IMG/VR virus record: IMGVR_UViG_3300023278_003531 | Location: 35,631 to 99,630 of that record | DNA: 64,000 bases | DNA from: a virus | Direction: 5' to 3' (one strand) | In this document: in pieces, positions 32,601 to 39,701 of the stretch | Position numbering within the stretch: the stretch's first letter is position 1 | How the letters are laid out: each line of letters opens with the position of its first letter | Made by a program: the position numbers and the translations under genes | Notes under the pieces: model-generated | The model's database searches: none | What the model was told of the DNA's origin: nothing | Seen by the model: the letters and a program-made list of their open reading frames with translations, nothing else

Positions 32601-35600
32601 GAGGGTCCGGATGACAATGACTTTACAAGATCTTGTGGTCCCGCCATGTTGCCCGAACCGCTCTTAGCAGCTAAAGACTCATTAATGTTCATCATAATGT
32701 AATCGGAAGCTGTTGCAAATGCGTCTCCCGACATCTTAGCACCACCTACAACTGCGTTATAGAAAATGTTGAACACGTCCGAAAGAAGTCCTACAGAAAG
32801 CTTACCGCCGGTAAGTGCCAAGGTCTGCTCTCTTTCCGTTTCTGCGCTATCAGGCATGGCCACTGCGGCTTTATATGCATCCGGGCGCTTGGCGATTGCG
32901 CCGAATGCCTCGTTAGCGCCTTCCAAGCTAGAATAATCTTGATCTGCAGTTTCTATACTACCTATAATATTACGCATAGCGGACTGCATGGAGAAACCGG
33001 TCTGTAAATAAATCTCCTTAGCTGTCTTCATGGCGTGTGCTGACTCTATCGTCATTGCCCCAAACAGCTTAGTGGCGTCACCGTCGAAGTCTAGGTTCAT
33101 GGTTGCCGAATGAAAAGCATTAGTAAATTCATAAATAGCGCGGTTGGCTATTCCAAGATTCTTCCTAGCTTTGTCTGCGGCAGGACCCAGTCCGTTATTG
33201 GCTTTTATAACCTTCATAGAAGATGCCCGTAGGTCCTCAAAAGGTTTTTTTACCTTCTGAGCATCTTCGGTAGAGGACATTGCGAAGGTACCCGGAACAC
33301 CCATCTTACCTTCAGGTAGTCGCCCCGTCTTATCCTCCATTATTTTAACAATCTGCTGGCTCGCGCCTCCTGTAACAGGATCGCGAAGATGCATACCTCT
33401 TTCCATAACCTTGTCAAGATCCTTCCCGCTTAGCTTCTGTCCCATAGCCTTAGCTTGTTTCTTAGCCAGAGACCGCATCGTTGCGTAGTCTTTCTTGCTG
33501 AGAAGAATACCGTCTCGGGGGAGGACGTCCTTAGTCACCTGGAGAGACTTCATTCTATCCAGAGCCTCAAGCGCATCACTCGTATCCGCACCTGCCTTTC
33601 CTAAAGCCTTAAGATGTCTTTCCGCTCTCTTTATCTCGGAAGACATATCTACTGCATACTCAATAGCTTTAGAGTACTGCGCGTTGGCGAGACCCGAGCC
33701 ACGAGTCTGTGCTACCTTTCGAGACTCTTCAAATGCAGGAGTTCCTGAGGTTCTACCGAATCCCTGAGAGGTGACCTCTTGTAGGAGCTGTCCTTTTACC
33801 TGATCCTGTCTTTCCCATTGTTTTTCCGTAAAAGCAGGGTCTTCGGCAGAAGCTGTGCCTACACGCTTAAGTGCGGCTTCTACAAGATCTAAACTCTTAA
33901 ACAAACCACCTGTGCTTGCTATTGATCCGGTTTTTTTATTCTCCGCCCTGAAACCAAGCACGTCGCGCATTCTATTAATCTGTGCAACATCTCCCTTACC
34001 CCCACCCACATAATCTTCAGCGGACTGTCGATTAGTTTCTATCCTACCACCACGTCCAAAGTATTGTATACCAGATTTCATCCCAAGACCTTTCATAGCC
34101 TTAACGAGAGGCATAAAAGTGTTCTTGAACTCCTTAACCATAGACTTGCCTTCGTCTGTATCCGGTCCCGCTTTCTTAATATCAGATATCTGCTGGTTCA
34201 TTCTCTTAGTGAGGAATTCTGCAGATTCCCTATGCGCAGCCTCACTGTCTCTGGGAGTCAATTCTCCCCGGCCGCCTTTAATGTTCATGCTCTGCTGTCT
34301 AAGTTTTTCCAAAAGCCTGGTCAGTTTACTGGGATCCGCCAAACCTTCTTCGGTAGTACGCACATCCCGCTGGCCTACAGCCTTTCCCATTCCGGGGATA
34401 AAGAGCTCCTCTTGCCCTCCCCCTTTTTTAGGAAGCATCATACTAAAAGCCTGCTTCTGAAACTCAGGATCTGCTAGAGTACCTTTCATCATATCAGGTT
34501 CGGCGAATCCTCCCGGCATTGGTGAAAAATCTTCAGGTTTCATCTTCTTCAGGTTAGAAACGACGCTGGCACCAGCGCCGCTCATACTAAGAAGCATCTT
34601 GCGATAATCATCCTGCGCGGAGATTACATGTTTACTACTTTTGTTCTGGGCTGCCATTGCAAAGGATAGGGTTTCCGCTCTCTGCTCAAGAGCTTTCATT
34701 GCCACGGGGTCTATGAATCTATCACGCTCGATTGACTCTCCGGTCTGACCTTCCTTCTCGATTCGATTCCACGCTAACCTACCTGTAAGTACCTTACCGA
34801 TTCCACCCGCAGCCAGAGCACCTGAAGTTTTCTCGAATGCTGATTCGGGGTCAAGTCCTAACTCCTTACCCACCGCGCGGGCGGCGGGTGCCATCTCCAA
34901 CCCGGGAGTTGCTTTCATAGCACCGGTTATCTTATCAAATATTGTTTGCGCAGCTACCTTACCTCCAGAAGCCATGCTGGTAGAAATCATTGCGATGATG
35001 TCTTGTAGGTCAGCACGTCTAATGAAACCTTCTGCGCTGGTAATTACGTCAGTGTCTTTACCTGCGCCGAACTTTGCCATAGACTCGTCAGATACAACCT
35101 TAGCAATACTTTTACTTCCTGCAAAAGTTGAGAACTTAGAACCGGTAGTCGCTGCATTGAATTCATCGAAGACGATCTCGAACATCTTCCTACCATTTCT
35201 AAAGACCTGCTTTAATTCCTTGATCTCCGCATAAGACCCCTTAAGGTTAAACTCAATGTCTTTACCCGCAGCATCTATGCCTAATTTCTGACCCTTCTGT
35301 AATCCCATTCCTACGACTAGGTCTTCCGAAAGATTTGAAACCGTTTCTTTATCTTCCTTGTACATACCCGCACGTTTAGCTGCGGAAGCTCTCATCAAGA
35401 TCTGATCTTCGTGAAGCTCCGGTATGTGTTTTTGAGACACTGCTGCAGTTTTAAAATTCAATGACGACGCAGAAATCTGACCCTGCTTCAATAGCTGCTT
35501 CATTAGAGGGGACACAATGTCAGGCATCTCACCGCCTTCCACCTTAGCAAATCCCTTCATAAAGTTAGTACGCATCTGCTTACTAAACCCAGCACCACCT

Positions 35601-37300
35601 GCCAAGAGTTCGGCTACGGGCCTGGTCTGGACTTTACCTTGGACAGCCCCTCCCTCCGACAGACCACCAAGAGACTTAGCCATGTCAGCTGCGGCCTCCT
35701 CGGTGAGTCCAATCATGGAAACCACGTCGGCACCTGCGGCAACAAACTTACCGGAAGCGCGTGTCATGTCGTGGAGAATAGCAGCTATCTCACCGAGCTT
35801 ACCAGCATCGGTGTCATGTTTCATTATCTTCTCGGTCTGTTTCTTGGAGGGGGTCCATTGAAGTTGGGACTCTCCCCCCTTTATAAACTGACCCATAGAT
35901 TGATGTTTCTCATATCTAGACGCATCCCCGCCAATTCTCTTTCTAATCATCGAACGCGTCATCTGAACAGCAGTTTCTTGGGACCTGCCTGCTCTTCTGG
36001 CAATTACTTTAAGTTCACCCTCAACACCCTCCAGGGCGTGAGTAATACTATCAAGCCTTGTTACGTTGTTTCCCTGAATCTTAAGAACACTACCTATTAT
36101 CTTCTCTGAACCCGCACCTGTCTTAATGGTAGGGACGGAACCAGGAGCCACGCGTACATCCCCAGGAGAGGGCAACCCCAGAGCAGCCTGAAGATTTTTA
36201 CCTTTGAAACTAGGTAAAGCTGTTTCTATATCCTTACCTAAACGAACAAGAGCTTTGGATACCGTCTTAGCAGTCTGTTCTGCCTGTGCTTGGTAGTCAA
36301 CTCGACCCTGCGTCCCACGGGGAGGTGAAGTTCTAGCCTCCTCCCTCTTAACGGTAGCCTGCTTAGTTCCCCTGCTGTCTATTTTAGGAACACCAGTAAC
36401 AGACCGGGTCTGGGGAGTAACCAAACTACTATCTCTCCGGCCTCCCGTTTCACTACGAGTAGTTCTATCTCTTTGGATATTTCTGTTGGTGGCGCCCGCA
36501 GCGGGTTGGTTTTTGATAGTCTGTCTGGGGTCTCTCTGCGCTTTTCCAGCTCCAGAACCAACAATGCCGCCAGTCAGCGCGGCTCCCTGCTTATTTATCT
36601 TAGAGATAAATCGGGATCGCGCTGCGGCGGCAGTTCTTTCAGCGGCGGTCGAAGCTTCAATCGCCTTTATATTATCTAAAGTAGCTTTTCTTTTGCGCTC
36701 CTCCAGTCTTACATTCTGCTCCAGGATACGACTAACTTTAGCCTGGGCACGTTGTAATTTCCTGGAAGTCTCAGTAGATTTATCACCTGCTTTTATTTCA
36801 CGCGCAAGAGACTGGGCCCTCTTCTCAGCGGCTACGGCTGCTTTCTCGATACGCGCAACCCGTCCTGCTAAACCTGATTCTATTTTACCTAGAGTCTTGT
36901 CACTCTTAGAAGAGGACGCCTGTGCGGCAGTTCCAGCGCGCGATGGTGTAGATTTTACAGGTGTGGAAACTTGTGTCTTAGACTGGCGCTGCGACTTATT
37001 AAGTGCAGCAGTTAGAGAAGATAAAGCAGATGTCATTTCTTTGGTAGACGCTTCAAAGCTCTTGAATTCAGACCTAAGTACTTTACGTACATCCTTGGCA
37101 AAGTCTGCGCCCTTGACGCCTGTAGCCCCAGCTGCAGCTTTAACTGATCCAGAACTAGGACCGATAGCTCCAAGATTAACACCTTTAAGTGCGTTCTGGG
37201 TAGCGGACTTAACGGCTTTCTTTATTTGACCTTCTAGACCTTTGATACTAGTCTGATCAAGTTCTAGATCTATACCAATCTTAAACTTTTCTTCTACCAA
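23636..37300 (-). CDS. tail tape-measure protein fused to a two-barrel virion RNA polymerase and a zincin-like module (4554 aa)
   Basis: TTG start with GGAGG; position after tube and chaperones; TP901-type TMP core at aa ~2470-2780; RNAP motifs at aa ~610-1550; HExxH at aa 1858. Confidence 0.92.
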   Translation of the reverse strand: MVEEKFKIGIDLELDQTSIKGLEGQIKKAVKSATQNALKGVNLGAIGPSSGSVKAAAGATGVKGADFAKDVRKVLRSEFKSFEASTKEMTSALSSLTAALNKSQRQSKTQVSTPVKSTPSRAGTAAQASSSKSDKTLGKIESGLAGRVARIEKAAVAAEKRAQSLAREIKAGDKSTETSRKLQRAQAKVSRILEQNVRLEERKRKATLDNIKAIEASTAAERTAAAARSRFISKINKQGAALTGGIVGSGAGKAQRDPRQTIKNQPAAGATNRNIQRDRTTRSETGGRRDSSLVTPQTRSVTGVPKIDSRGTKQATVKREEARTSPPRGTQGRVDYQAQAEQTAKTVSKALVRLGKDIETALPSFKGKNLQAALGLPSPGDVRVAPGSVPTIKTGAGSEKIIGSVLKIQGNNVTRLDSITHALEGVEGELKVIARRAGRSQETAVQMTRSMIRKRIGGDASRYEKHQSMGQFIKGGESQLQWTPSKKQTEKIMKHDTDAGKLGEIAAILHDMTRASGKFVAAGADVVSMIGLTEEAAADMAKSLGGLSEGGAVQGKVQTRPVAELLAGGAGFSKQMRTNFMKGFAKVEGGEMPDIVSPLMKQLLKQGQISASSLNFKTAAVSQKHIPELHEDQILMRASAAKRAGMYKEDKETVSNLSEDLVVGMGLQKGQKLGIDAAGKDIEFNLKGSYAEIKELKQVFRNGRKMFEIVFDEFNAATTGSKFSTFAGSKSIAKVVSDESMAKFGAGKDTDVITSAEGFIRRADLQDIIAMISTSMASGGKVAAQTIFDKITGAMKATPGLEMAPAARAVGKELGLDPESAFEKTSGALAAGGIGKVLTGRLAWNRIEKEGQTGESIERDRFIDPVAMKALEQRAETLSFAMAAQNKSSKHVISAQDDYRKMLLSMSGAGASVVSNLKKMKPEDFSPMPGGFAEPDMMKGTLADPEFQKQAFSMMLPKKGGGQEELFIPGMGKAVGQRDVRTTEEGLADPSKLTRLLEKLRQQSMNIKGGRGELTPRDSEAAHRESAEFLTKRMNQQISDIKKAGPDTDEGKSMVKEFKNTFMPLVKAMKGLGMKSGIQYFGRGGRIETNRQSAEDYVGGGKGDVAQINRMRDVLGFRAENKKTGSIASTGGLFKSLDLVEAALKRVGTASAEDPAFTEKQWERQDQVKGQLLQEVTSQGFGRTSGTPAFEESRKVAQTRGSGLANAQYSKAIEYAVDMSSEIKRAERHLKALGKAGADTSDALEALDRMKSLQVTKDVLPRDGILLSKKDYATMRSLAKKQAKAMGQKLSGKDLDKVMERGMHLRDPVTGGASQQIVKIMEDKTGRLPEGKMGVPGTFAMSSTEDAQKVKKPFEDLRASSMKVIKANNGLGPAADKARKNLGIANRAIYEFTNAFHSATMNLDFDGDATKLFGAMTIESAHAMKTAKEIYLQTGFSMQSAMRNIIGSIETADQDYSSLEGANEAFGAIAKRPDAYKAAVAMPDSAETEREQTLALTGGKLSVGLLSDVFNIFYNAVVGGAKMSGDAFATASDYIMMNINESLAAKSGSGNMAGPQDLVKSLSSGPSGMARIIAGMDAGGGDTFGKMGRYNKQMFAEMEPMLRSQDPAALTQTALEEGVLKEGQGLDKGNYEKVIQQLLDKMDLRGQLKRMQEMLEENARQAMIDKGASPSSAAEYVRQRTTKTAQNQGKIEGLDPREIIPESYALSRRKGTREMEGLPLEDRASKILNTLFSDTAQALKGGVDLEEDPGKPIAVGKEIVDKLSAWIANIKQMYGVVSDELFIASGLDPKKVAGVYREKPGTAPGEGKISVGATSRMKPLEMALKMLGRIDAGEIPTTAKGIEFVTQAISNMGATLAHENIHKSAKTVRSGINEISASLVDGGTAIGQAAPLILKAANQLTMVGRNADKLKLLSKIRRESGGGAEVSGIGNLKEFAGKTADEAIQAQGTKYFEMVAEELLAHLTNPSKWMEIFGDIPDEVQKALMKMFSELDEAVGGISGNILKQAGGMIASVTKTHGQTVRGEAQDKIRSAGGYPGAELNRKLSDELILFDQALKEARNNLKLVAGERKGGRTRTAGPISFPGENISGMEVPAESMRLMLSEMGQEGGVDPARMADMKKIYQETAFGYKKGLKDVGEDAGGGGRRGNEAYLSAMQEFQAAELQMYINKGKGLQEMIKQVRDSGAADTPEFAELLEHFNNTIQQMYAVLGQTKLPGTFKQTGIAMGRSGAMLPTAADELRIQPGKSAWSDIIKQSAGRGESKEKFGGLGETLMSAKDQIEAGISKTKVWTQIWDELAQSPETLVENLGKVSSILKAMSSLMGTISGPDSEQVNILKAMADMANKAHKAYEKLGTVPRTTEEHARAAADSRPIQAAATGGMDLKASYDKQRRDIEAQAEQWGKQLTAMHKQGFKPIGGNRISKEGSFPIVDQESNTVLEKLTMSARRFGDEYVVSLTNAGSAAKEFTGHMRNSLRRVVQWGFATGIVYGTIRAFRQMVTVITEVETKVTALKKVMDTSVTNFERMQDSASDFASEFGIGIEDVLDGMVVYGQQGLKMNKIMERTRATMLAVNVTTLTSVEATEALTAAHKVFGDSVSGSAEFVDAWAAVAARHAITAKDLADAVKRSGAAAQVAGVGFEDFMGVVTAIGAVTRQSGKEVATSTKFMFRAMRRPTAQKELGKMGVGSMEVGGDFKPAMGILKELAGSWDGMTRAQQVNLAQAMAGIRHYNSFIVLMNNFDEALLASADAANSQGFAMRKNRLAMQTFTKNVTVLKESVKGLVLEFGKTGLGLATGAIQSVSKLVGLVGDLHPMIMKSTMGAVAMGLAFHKAADLIADTMDVFSGNEVSTTGGGRSSTFKLLSGIKSSAKTGWDAAGAGTGRTEEMTKFASTAHLTRRAVDGLGNSLLGTSLVTKLAEKGFLGATVAQKGFSAAMVTSVGAAAILTVVAALGGAYMAYQKASQSAKDYEQSVEEVMGRSEDAASTLRSQSVNADRLALSFIKVGKAQEAMADDAAMSTALGEGRFKGAATAAQTYNNMMADIGNSMASLDPTKVQGISDSGDYILGIDSNFKSLTVSALDAQNAITTAFKVDVISKFAEELTTAEGILDNMKQGFAKFANFATGGMAGANEDQSGMGKLRDTRKEIQKLSKIMNEQAKSGEYSLVNQSRMNELVAQEGAEREAVLATANEMKRVFESIPEFGDLESAMGSITPQLQSQINDAAEAGAFGRGATGSSVMTQFMGKQSGLGGVLDYQNTQSSGLIANAFLSRGIGATSGSGAVTGSAGAPVKAGQMAVISQAAADLKTGGVTTLFSSLEEGTEKAIWQFRTSTGALSSVMGTELEGVVKELEKADVAHHFMTWTKKEVDAAEAHTKKIMTMQYSGAMAGVRIPTGGMPNLGPASEKELSVEQRVMRSLPEDMQRLADIQSEFNALTKEYGEDLLTDVEGTYKRQASSGKALKVVTQEVLQLATTLQKEGFFLSVLGNYQKMQEKLNITLKDAATAAADYERAEANKNKFITGSGGAMKGMGAVPSIDLGKSFKELSGLEKLAVAVPEFAKLLRGTAGTSDKRNRDLDTLNKIEKQMSDFETSVTDMAKAGDSMTSEQKKRLAGSGEKTSAGQLEMIRGMNKLADDFTDIGGRQLSVQNSMLEALHELTYIQSLPEGDRAEAFASVMSKKSFKEKTSAFGEVLGGGAMNDVFKKVLNIIPDADGNLRAGANAPSHPQMKNIVALMNGMQQFEGRGMIDVPLSDTADGQPTQQFWSQKDLQSNLADRMAEVFENDGKAASGLTTEMIKSSSPQDMSKAKAAKQLKASKDLDAAKAKSIQWENSVRASHLEAQAKAIKALEDSNNKLQADIPAIRLADAAINFATTLNDMVRDFEKADSQIINKIDSDLDGPMARVGQAGFRTSFENKRRDIEKQFGSGGRTTLADMRAKKQALKDVDFDEKEAVIQQKQSIETTALRSQQQKAERVRSTLADVMFDPGQSDDLKAKAQKYFDILGEELATSEQATKKGRDDKLFFKGLPSLEGLSKFAGSITQEAQDLSKKAARQAGVEDMATGMIPTNAILTTSVGLQREQLSALETLTNKAADPTSGIRMGASAIPAPGGVATSGPETIKNKWNEQELAAMVAGPGTKSTGPTLGLSMQGGFGTKPPTAGTFAQLAGGRPGESTYTGQLKAADRGSELTAGEKQISAMRIIQKGIDSGEHVYRGRESGVLSSTELAGTGTVNLNAGMRRINPMVGLTNNNLAAEANASARFGDDAASPSNVIRKEDGSAPGTRDDPADRVTRGGTGDGGSSEALSALNDSIASLNEVIGGLASQGVTLPESFSSDIASIGSDITEALGETLTVTIDGEPAVTVSNIDELAVAATEAATGAAGADITALGVRVDAVEGLTDTSGPLNESILALEEDVSTLESKQTLTTSNLDALTLEVSTFSTTIELATTTSQAASESATLATEASSSATSAAATATTVATAATENVSVLAEQITDLSTAVGDNKQGIEAEVRQINTEITTAETARKSDKQLLGEIGQRASTALTQASQALSLAQAGRGN
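28950..29890 (-). other. tape-measure core domain (PhageMin_Tail/TP901-like) within the TMP
   Basis: VQWGFATGIVYGTIRAF..VTALKKV..ASEFGIG..ATEALTA..ITAKDLADAVKRSGAAAQVAGVGFEDFMGVVTAIGAVTRQSGKEVATSTK. Confidence 0.9.
32600..35500 (-). other. single-chain double-psi-beta-barrel RNA polymerase core within the TMP
   Basis: HEDQILM (E631-D632), GSKFSTFAGSKS (K722, K730), DVITSAEGFIRRAD (D751, R762), LRDP (R1306), EGKMGV, NLDFDGD (aa 1402-1408; 33077..33097), in the same order as the bacterial beta then beta-prime motifs. Confidence 0.88.
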
Positions 37301-37327
37301 TTGTCCGTGTCCTCCACCGTTAGATTA

Positions 37328-38416
37328 TCATCTAGAGCCGCCCCTCATGGCAGACTTAGACTTAGCCCTTGAGCGTCTGTTCCTAGAACGACGACTATTA
37401 GGGTTAATAACTTCCACCTCTGAGGTTCCTTCAGCGATCTTTAGTCTTTCTTCACTATACGCTAATTTCATATACTCAGGATGGGATGGTGTGATAATCA
37501 ACTCCTCGCCTCTCTCCCATGCGTTTAACTTACCGCCCTTATTGCCTCCTCGACCTGCTGCCTTTCCTTCTGTCTTTTCCTGTTCTCTATTCTTAAAGTA
37601 ATCACCCATGTACTCATCAAGCTTCTCGTCATCTTCTATTATTTCTTGAGAAGGCTGATCGTCTGGGAGCATCTCATAAATGGACTGGTAATAATTACTC
37701 CAATATAAGAGAGACATTTGATCGGGGGTCAGGTCCAACAATCCATCTTGGAATAACTGCTGACCCATCTTAGTAGCTGCAGTGTATCTTATACGCCACA
37801 GACTATGACGCGCTAAAAAGCGAATGGATTTGGAGGGCAACCCCACGTTAAATTTAGTAAAGTTTTCAAAAAGAGAAGCTCTCAAATCATGTCGAGTCTC
37901 GTCTTCAAATTCCTTAAAAGTATCCCAAAAACGTTCTCCAGTTACTGCGTAAGTGGAAGCCCAGGTCAAGAATATAAAAGACTCCTCGTCCGCCTTCCTC
38001 TCCTGCGAAAGATAAAGAATATTATGAACCTTATTCTGAAGCGGCGCTGCTTGATCTTGGAGGCGCTCTATGTTTTCCTGGATCTGATCTTTACGGGCAT
38101 CAATTGATGTCATCTCCAGAACAGACGTCTGGGCCTCGATCTTCTCCTGTATCTCTTTCAGCGTATCCTTATCTTCTTGAGTAGTTACCTTTTCAGACAA
38201 CCCCTCTGCTTCTTCGAGAGTGGGAAGACCTTCCTCCTGCGCTGTGAGCAAAGCCTTGTCTCTCATATAGCGACTGAGAAGTAAATCTTGCGCTTTAGGA
38301 AAACAAAATATTATAAATTCTACTCCTCCAATGTAGTCTAGACGGGTAAGACGTTTGTTGGAAATTATAGAATCAAGCAAAGCCTCTATTTCCTGAAAAG
38401 GAAGCTCCTCAATCAT
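37328..38416 (-). CDS. tail assembly chaperone 2 (GT-like)
   Basis: Immediately before the TMP; C-terminal half LWRIRY..LTPDQMSLLYWSNYYQSIYE; N-terminal half is paralogous to 38419..39291. Confidence 0.7.
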   Translation of the reverse strand: MIEELPFQEIEALLDSIISNKRLTRLDYIGGVEFIIFCFPKAQDLLLSRYMRDKALLTAQEEGLPTLEEAEGLSEKVTTQEDKDTLKEIQEKIEAQTSVLEMTSIDARKDQIQENIERLQDQAAPLQNKVHNILYLSQERKADEESFIFLTWASTYAVTGERFWDTFKEFEDETRHDLRASLFENFTKFNVGLPSKSIRFLARHSLWRIRYTAATKMGQQLFQDGLLDLTPDQMSLLYWSNYYQSIYEMLPDDQPSQEIIEDDEKLDEYMGDYFKNREQEKTEGKAAGRGGNKGGKLNAWERGEELIITPSHPEYMKLAYSEERLKIAEGTSEVEVINPNSRRSRNRRSRAKSKSAMRGGSR

Positions 38417-38418
38417 TA

Positions 38419-39291
38419 TTAAGCCTTGGGAGTTTCCTCAGGAGCGGGCTCTTCCTTCTTCTTTCGAGGACGTCCTCGCTTCTTAGGTGCCGGCTTCACA
38501 GCAGCGGCTTTCTTCTTAGGAGCTTTCTTCTTCTTTGGTTTCGCATCTACTGCGTCCAAAGATAGCTCCTCAGAAGTATCTTCCTCCACGTCAGCGTCAG
38601 CATCAGGATTTTCCTCTTCTGCTTCTGCTCTTGCAGTGTCAATGGCACGGGTTAGTCTATCCTGTGCTATGTCTCTAAGAGCAGACTGCTCAGGGGTATT
38701 CTCTAGGAAATTACTTTCTAATCCCTGAATCCAAAGCATGACTTCGAATCTGGACTTTACGGAAAGTGCGGAGTTCTCTTCATTCTGGTAAGAATCAAAG
38801 TCTTCCCAAAGAACAGAACCATCCTTCTCCTGGACAATACGGGATGTTAGATACTCGTTACGGGCGTCGTCTGCCAGATTCTCACAGGTGTTTCCCATAG
38901 GACCATTCACCTGCTGGTTAAGAGAAAACAACTCGTCGCGCAATCTAGCTATCTCAAGTGCTAGTCCCTCACGTTCTAGTTCGGGGGCGGTATCACTAAC
39001 GTTTTCTAGTTTAAATAGTTCGGAAGCTAGTCCGATCCTGGTACTCTCCACCTTCATCGCGTAGTCCTCGGAAAGAATACCCTTCTCTCTTAGAACATCC
39101 ACCATCTGTGCTTGGGTAAGAAACCCATCTACGATGGCTTGGTTATAAATCTTAGAGTATTGCCAGTCTGCCTTTCGAACATCAGCAGCGCTTGGCTGTG
39201 CGATGAAGAAAGAAACATCTTCACCCTCCACGGGTGCGGTAAATTCACGTCTAGAATCCAGAACGTCTTTAACGTTTTTGGCAGTTGCCAT
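38419..39291 (-). CDS. tail assembly chaperone 1 (G-like) with Lys-rich AT-hook tail
   Basis: Lies between tube and TMP; FFIAQPSAAD..; acidic then basic tail KPKKKKAPKKK..KKRGRPRKK. Confidence 0.7.
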   Translation of the reverse strand: MATAKNVKDVLDSRREFTAPVEGEDVSFFIAQPSAADVRKADWQYSKIYNQAIVDGFLTQAQMVDVLREKGILSEDYAMKVESTRIGLASELFKLENVSDTAPELEREGLALEIARLRDELFSLNQQVNGPMGNTCENLADDARNEYLTSRIVQEKDGSVLWEDFDSYQNEENSALSVKSRFEVMLWIQGLESNFLENTPEQSALRDIAQDRLTRAIDTARAEAEEENPDADADVEEDTSEELSLDAVDAKPKKKKAPKKKAAAVKPAPKKRGRPRKKKEEPAPEETPKA

Positions 39292-39310
39292 TTTATATTC
39301 TCCTTTTCCT

Positions 39311-39601
39311 TTAAGCCTTCCTATTTGAACCTATTACGGGACGCTGGATTTCAATAACGTCCTCATTAGTAGGAACAAATAGTACCCGGTAATACATGTC
39401 AAGGTTTTTCTTAACGTCACGCACCGCGTTATTTGCAGATCTAAGTACCTTAGATCGGACAATCTTATAACGTTCAGGATCTCCAATTGCTACTTCAACA
39501 ATGTTGAGGATCTCGTCGGCGCTTCCCAGAACATTAACCTCTACCTCTTTCTTTAGTTTGTCTCTGGACCTCTCCAGAACTACATCTTCCTGTGAATTCA
39601 T
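39311..39601 (-). CDS. hypothetical protein (96 aa)
   Basis: GGGAAGGAG RBS, co-oriented. Confidence 0.7.
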   Translation of the reverse strand: MNSQEDVVLERSRDKLKKEVEVNVLGSADEILNIVEVAIGDPERYKIVRSKVLRSANNAVRDVKKNLDMYYRVLFVPTNEDVIEIQRPVIGSNRKA

Positions 39602-39633
39602 TAGGTAGCATCTCCTTCCCTTTTAATCCTATT

Positions 39634-39689
39634 CCTCCGGAAAGATCCGGAAGTCTGGTTACTGCCCTAGGATATACCCAGAACAGTAA
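39634..39689 (-). other. two stem-loops after the tail-tube gene (no U tract)
   Basis: TTACTGTTCTGGG-TATAT-CCTAGGGCAGTAA and CTTCCGGA-TCTT-TCCGGAGG. Confidence 0.55.
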
Positions 39690-39701
39690 TTAAGAATTGC
39701 C

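Noticed and set aside
38465-38478. Perfect 14-bp palindrome CGAGGACGTCCTCG
   Set aside because: Lies inside the codons for the RGRPR motif, occurs once, and is plausibly coincidental.
38400-38520. Classic G/GT -1 frameshift between the tail chaperones
   Set aside because: No slippery heptamer near the end of the first gene; the second gene has its own ATG.
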